From Deltaproteobacteria bacterium (GTDB lineage Bacteria > Desulfobacterota > Binatia > Binatales > Binataceae), in NCBI GenBank assembly GCA_021780755.1, contig JAJXYF010000014.1, positions 31,888 through 95,887 of the forward strand: a stretch of 64,000 nt of DNA, written 5' to 3'. The position numbers were made by a program, and so were the translations under genes. Below are positions 59,479 through 64,000 of this stretch, one piece after another. Positions within the stretch are counted from its first letter, which is position 1. Every line of letters starts with the position of its first letter. Under the pieces are notes generated by a model. It was not told the DNA's origin. It searched no databases and saw only the letters and a list, made by a program, of their open reading frames with translations.

Positions 59479-61947
59479 TTGACGCCGTCAACGCGACGGA
59501 TGGAGCATTGGATGGTTCAGCGAGGCGCCTCACATACACTGGGGCCGGGCAAATATATTTTGCAGTTTCGGGCTCCGATCGGGCTGATACTGATTGCGAT
59601 CACGGCCTTTATGGGCTATTGGGCGGCGCACGTCCGGATCGCGACGAGCTTCGAAAACTTCTTCCCATCTAGCCATCAGAACACACTGCTGTACCGCAAA
59701 TTTCAGAACCAATACGGCGGTGCGCAAAGCTTATACGTGATGCTGCGGGTCAAGCACGGCGACATCTACAACGTCAAAACGCTGACGAAAATTCAGGACA
59801 TCACGAACGACGTCAACATCCTTCCGGGCGTTGACCACAATGAAGTTTTCTCGCTGGCATCCTATCGCGTGGCCTTCTCGCAGGCGATTCCGGGCGCCCT
59901 CATTGCGACCAACTATATGTATCCGACGGTGCCGACGACGCCGGCCAAACTCGAAGGACTGCGGCGCAATGTCATGACGCATCGGGAGCCCGTGCGGGGC
60001 CTGATCACGTCCGACGACAAGGGCGCGATGATCACGGCGAGCTTCAATGACCAGGGGCTCGACTACAAGAAGCTCTTCGATGATATCCAGGTGATCGTGC
60101 GCAAATACGAAGACGCCAATACGGACATCTTCGTCGCCGGCGAGCCGGTAATATCGGGGTGGGGCTACTATCATCTGACGCAGATCAAGGTCATCTTTCT
60201 GACCGCAGTCGCGCTCATGCTCATAATTCTCTACGTGAGCATCGGCGAGCGTAGCAGCTGGTGGGCACCGATTTTGACCGGGACTTTTTCCGCCGTCTGG
60301 GGTCTCGGGTTCGTCAGCCTCATGGGCTACAACTTCGACCCGGTGATGCTGGTCATACCGTTCATCCTGACGGCACGCGATCTCAGCCACGGAATCCAAT
60401 GGCAGGGGCGGTACTACGACGAGCTCGATCGCCTCGATGACAAGCTGCTCGCATGCGCGACTACGACCGACGTCATGCTGCCGCCGGGCCTGCTGTCGAT
60501 TCTCGCGGACATCGCGGGAATCATCTTTATTTCATTCGGCGGTATCCCGGTGCTGAAGGAGATTGGCTTCGGCGGCGCCATGTGGCTTGCCGGAAGCCTC
60601 ACGATGGTCTTTGTTTTCCAGCCAATTTTCATGAGCTATCTGCCGCGCCCGCGAATCCGCGGACGCAGTTGGCTGAGCCGCTATGGTAAAAGTGAGCGCA
60701 CGGGCATTTTGCATGGATTTGTAAATTGGCTGGTGAAGGTGCCGGTAACGCCGGGCTTCGCGCGATCGGTATTCCTTGCAGGTGGAGCGATCTTTATCCT
60801 GTTCGGCGTCATATCGGGACAGCGCGCACGAATCGGTTATCAAACCCCGGGTACGCCGCTCTATCGGCAGGATTCGAAGGTCAACCTAGACATCGCCGAA
60901 ATCGGCAAGTATTTCCCTACCGATATCGGCTGGGTGGTGCTGTCAACGGCGGATTATCCCGACCCGCAATCAAGTATCGGTCCTGACGTCCTGCGGATGA
61001 CCGATGACCTTGCGGCTTATTTGATCGGTCGTGGTGATGCGGTTGGGGTAGCGTCGTTCACGAACATCGCAATGAAGCCGCTCAACATGATGTTCCACAA
61101 CGGCTATCCGAAATTTCAGAGTATTCCGGCGGGAACCGAGTTGGGCGGCAACCTCTGGTACATGTTCCTGGGCGGTACCGCGCCGGGCGAAATGGAACGG
61201 TTCTTCGCCCATTCCCCCCATATGACCAGTACGTGCATCCGCGTATTGCTGCCGGATCACACCTTCAATCGACTCAATGCGGTCCGGGATGATATCAAGA
61301 AATTCATCGACGAGCGAGTGACGCCCGACCCGGGGCTATCGAAAATTACGGTTCACTACCTCGGCGGCGTCGCGGGGCTTTATCTGGCAGCCAATGACGT
61401 GCTCTACCGCCTCGACATCATCAACCTGACGTTCGTGCTGCTGGTCATTTTCCTTTGCTGCGCGTTCAGCTTTCAGTCGATTACGGCGGGAGCGCTCTTC
61501 ATCGTTTCGTGCGTGATGGCAAACTTCGGCGCCTTCATCTACATGAATGCGTTCAACATCGGACTGACTATCGATACTATCCCGGTGATCTCGCTTGGAA
61601 TCGGCCTTGGTGTTGACTACGGCATTTATACCGTCGCCCGCATCCGCGACGAGGTGATGGGCGGGGCGTCAATCGATGAGGCGGTTGAAATCGCACTAAG
61701 CAGCACCGGCGCTTCGGTCTTCAGCACGTTCGCCGTGATGATCGGCGGGATTCTACCGTGGGCATTTTCGCCGCTGCTGTTCCACAACGAGATGAGCGTG
61801 CTGCTGATTTTCCTGATGGCGACCAACATGATCGCGGGAGTGTTGATTCTGCCAGCCTACATTGCATGGCGTCGGCCCTGTTTTATCGTGCGCTATGAAG
61901 CCACTGGCGGAGCGAAGGGCCGGATGGCACACGCAACGGCCAGTTGA
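59479..61947 (+). CDS. MMPL/RND-family transporter
   Basis: Two repeated halves, each with a periplasmic loop and TM bundle; GIGLGVDYGIY; start may be ATG 59500. Confidence 0.88.
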   Translation: MTPSTRRMEHWMVQRGASHTLGPGKYILQFRAPIGLILIAITAFMGYWAAHVRIATSFENFFPSSHQNTLLYRKFQNQYGGAQSLYVMLRVKHGDIYNVKTLTKIQDITNDVNILPGVDHNEVFSLASYRVAFSQAIPGALIATNYMYPTVPTTPAKLEGLRRNVMTHREPVRGLITSDDKGAMITASFNDQGLDYKKLFDDIQVIVRKYEDANTDIFVAGEPVISGWGYYHLTQIKVIFLTAVALMLIILYVSIGERSSWWAPILTGTFSAVWGLGFVSLMGYNFDPVMLVIPFILTARDLSHGIQWQGRYYDELDRLDDKLLACATTTDVMLPPGLLSILADIAGIIFISFGGIPVLKEIGFGGAMWLAGSLTMVFVFQPIFMSYLPRPRIRGRSWLSRYGKSERTGILHGFVNWLVKVPVTPGFARSVFLAGGAIFILFGVISGQRARIGYQTPGTPLYRQDSKVNLDIAEIGKYFPTDIGWVVLSTADYPDPQSSIGPDVLRMTDDLAAYLIGRGDAVGVASFTNIAMKPLNMMFHNGYPKFQSIPAGTELGGNLWYMFLGGTAPGEMERFFAHSPHMTSTCIRVLLPDHTFNRLNAVRDDIKKFIDERVTPDPGLSKITVHYLGGVAGLYLAANDVLYRLDIINLTFVLLVIFLCCAFSFQSITAGALFIVSCVMANFGAFIYMNAFNIGLTIDTIPVISLGIGLGVDYGIYTVARIRDEVMGGASIDEAVEIALSSTGASVFSTFAVMIGGILPWAFSPLLFHNEMSVLLIFLMATNMIAGVLILPAYIAWRRPCFIVRYEATGGAKGRMAHATAS

Positions 61948-62036
61948 TTACGTTGACATGTCTGCTTGGCGGCCGCCGTCCAGTTACCTACCGCAAGCGC
62001 GGCGGGCAGGATGAGGTCGCCTGCTATTGGCATTAC

Positions 62037-62699
62037 TTACGAGGGTGACCAAATAGCGAAGAGTTCTGCATCCACGCCGCCCCTGTTTTCGAAGCGGTGT
62101 GGTACTATTGCCTTTATGTGAAGCGTGTCCCCCTCGCGGAGAACCTCTTGTTTGCCGCGCACCCAAAAATCGACAGTTCCCTTCTTACAGATGAATAAAA
62201 TCTCCCCGCTGAAGCCGAGAGGCCTGCCACTACGGCCCCGGGGGGGGATCTTGGCCAGATATGCCTCCATCTTGGGCTCCTGAAGAGCTTCAGCGATATT
62301 CTGAATCCGGATGCGAGATCCGGTCGAGTGTGATTTGGCGGAATCAGCGCGGATTATTCTGACATCAACCGGACTGTCATCTTCACCAAGCAAATGGCTC
62401 GCGCGCAGGCGCAGGGCCTTGGTAACCTTAACGAAAATTTCGATCGACGGTACTAATCGTCCTGCCTCAATCTTCTGAATCGTAGCTGCTGACACTCGAG
62501 CTTGCTCGGCAAGCTTGCGAAGGGTCAGTCCACGCTCTAGGCGTGCACGCTTCAGACGTTGGCCGAGGCTGTCAAAATTTCCTTCCGCGCTTTCTTTGGA
62601 GGCGCGCGGCGTCGAAATCGCACTGTTCAAGGTTTCAATTTCCGCCAAATGTTTGGCCATATTAATTGCGAGTTCTGTTGGTACTGCAAACCGCTCCAC
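62037..62699 (-). CDS. XRE-family regulator with C-terminal cupin
   Basis: LGQRLKRAR...LTLRKLA...IQKIEAG..PS; EGD...PHRFEN. Confidence 0.88.
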   Translation of the reverse strand: MERFAVPTELAINMAKHLAEIETLNSAISTPRASKESAEGNFDSLGQRLKRARLERGLTLRKLAEQARVSAATIQKIEAGRLVPSIEIFVKVTKALRLRASHLLGEDDSPVDVRIIRADSAKSHSTGSRIRIQNIAEALQEPKMEAYLAKIPPRGRSGRPLGFSGEILFICKKGTVDFWVRGKQEVLREGDTLHIKAIVPHRFENRGGVDAELFAIWSPS

Positions 62700-63030
62700 G
62701 TCCTATATCGGAAAATACAGGTTCGAAAGGTGCTTTATGTTTCATCACGAGAATGCTTTAGGGTACCAGAGAAATCACTCTCCATGAAATCCCACCTAAC
62801 GATGCCCCGTTCGCGAATCACGTAAACATCGCCCTCATTGGATTCCAAAACAAGTCCGCATTCTTGTCTCGAATCATACCATTCCTGTTTCTGATTGAAG
62901 ACAGAAAAGGATTTTGATAGAAGGGGTGTATAACGCACGCCAGTTGTGGCGCGTCACCAATCGGTTGGCGCCACGCTGGGGGCAAAGGTTCAACGCGATT
63001 TTGCGGCCGCTTGCGGCTCAGAGGAAAAGT

Positions 63031-64000
63031 ATGCACATAGCTTCACGGCAACGGAAAGCATGGGTCGGCTTTGTTTTGGGTTTGTTAGTCGCATTTTCGG
63101 GCATCGCCGCTGCTGCCGACCAGGTGCAGTCCACGACGCAGGACTGGCTCGCCGCCACCAAAGACCAGGGGACGATCCCGCCCGGCACGAAGATCACGAT
63201 GCAGAACTGGCAGCAGTACAAACAATTCATGCCCGTGGGGATGATTGACTTCTTCCAGGGGGCATACTTCTGGAAGATGCCGTCGGATGTGGAGATGAAT
63301 ATCGGCCCAACGGTCATCCATCCGCTCTCGAGGTCCTATATCGCAGCGACCGAGAAGTACGGCGGCCAGACGCGCGTTGTTCATGAGCCAGACGGTACGA
63401 TGAACATTGCGAACTATGTGGCCGGGATGCCTTTTCCGAATCCGCAGCAACCCGATATGGGGTACAAGATTCTCGCCAATGTCTGGTTCCCGGATGAACC
63501 TTACCTGTTGGTGTTGTCGTCGGCGAGCGGCTTCGGCAGCTTCTGCACCGCCGATCGCTTCGGCAACGCCGCATGCACCAAGACTTCGCTAGTTTACCGT
63601 CAGCTTGCGTATAACAACCATCCCGGAATTCCACCCACCGAACCGCAGGCCGCAGGTGCATGGTATACGGAATGGTTGATGGTCGAGCAGCCTGAGCAAT
63701 CCAGATACACCGCCGACCTCACGATTTTCTGGCAGGATCTGACCAAGAGTGAAGACAACTACGTTTTCGTTCCCTCGCTCCGTCGCTCTCTGCGGCTTTC
63801 CACATCTGCCCGGTGCGCGCCTCTGCTAGGCAGCGATATGGTTCATGATGATCAACGCGGTGGCTATAACGGCGGACTTCATAATTTCAACGCCGAGTAT
63901 CTTGGCACACGAAAGATCCTGGGGATTACCGATTTAACGAACGCCGATGGAATCTATCCTGCGGAGTATGACGGACAACTGGGATGGCCGAAGCCGTCGT
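63031..64000 (+). CDS. DUF1329 family periplasmic protein (3' truncated by window edge)
   Basis: GAGG RBS, signal peptide MHIASRQRKAWVGFVLGLL..., IPPGTKITMQNWQQYKQFMP, YVAGMPFP, FVPSLRRSLR. Confidence 0.85.
   Translation, partial: MHIASRQRKAWVGFVLGLLVAFSGIAAAADQVQSTTQDWLAATKDQGTIPPGTKITMQNWQQYKQFMPVGMIDFFQGAYFWKMPSDVEMNIGPTVIHPLSRSYIAATEKYGGQTRVVHEPDGTMNIANYVAGMPFPNPQQPDMGYKILANVWFPDEPYLLVLSSASGFGSFCTADRFGNAACTKTSLVYRQLAYNNHPGIPPTEPQAAGAWYTEWLMVEQPEQSRYTADLTIFWQDLTKSEDNYVFVPSLRRSLRLSTSARCAPLLGSDMVHDDQRGGYNGGLHNFNAEYLGTRKILGITDLTNADGIYPAEYDGQLGWPKPS

Larger units (their letters stand above)
56851..64000. mobile_element. Putative genomic island beginning at the tRNA-Met 3' end (right end not in window)
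   Basis: Visible drop in GC and codon bias right after the tRNA; short direct repeats at 56927 and 56951; no integrase seen. Confidence 0.45.

Noticed and set aside
1..64000. CRISPR array, rRNA, transposase or prophage structural genes
   Set aside because: No regularly spaced repeats or recognisable motifs found by eye.

Overview
High-GC bacterial chromosomal window. The gene content (DUF1329, MMPL, many amidohydrolases, and the deltaproteobacterial-type maf-yggS-proC-yggT and ispE-tRNA-Gln-prs-rplY order) suggests Candidatus Binatota or a relative; this is inference only. It is mostly housekeeping and metabolic DNA: a two-component system, an SBP56/methanethiol oxidase-like gene, grxD/bolA, thiolase, a Rieske oxygenase operon, thiI, hydantoinase A/B, a sulfate porin plus ABC operon, hflX, dnaE, rplY, prs, ispE, meaB and two tRNAs. 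AT-richer inserts interrupt it: a HigBA-type TA pair with a nonsense-mutated toxin, a two-gene cassette bracketed by a diverged duplicate of the dnaE 3' end, an ApeA-like HEPN gene between ispE and tRNA-Gln, and an island starting right after tRNA-Met. The most notable observations are the dnaE-tail duplication and its cargo, an M20-fold protein lacking all canonical metal ligands in the Rieske operon, SBP56 coupled to a Met/His-rich membrane protein, and several unexplained structured non-coding elements. No CRISPR array, rRNA, integrase or transposase was seen. All family assignments come from motif recognition by eye; no database searches were run.
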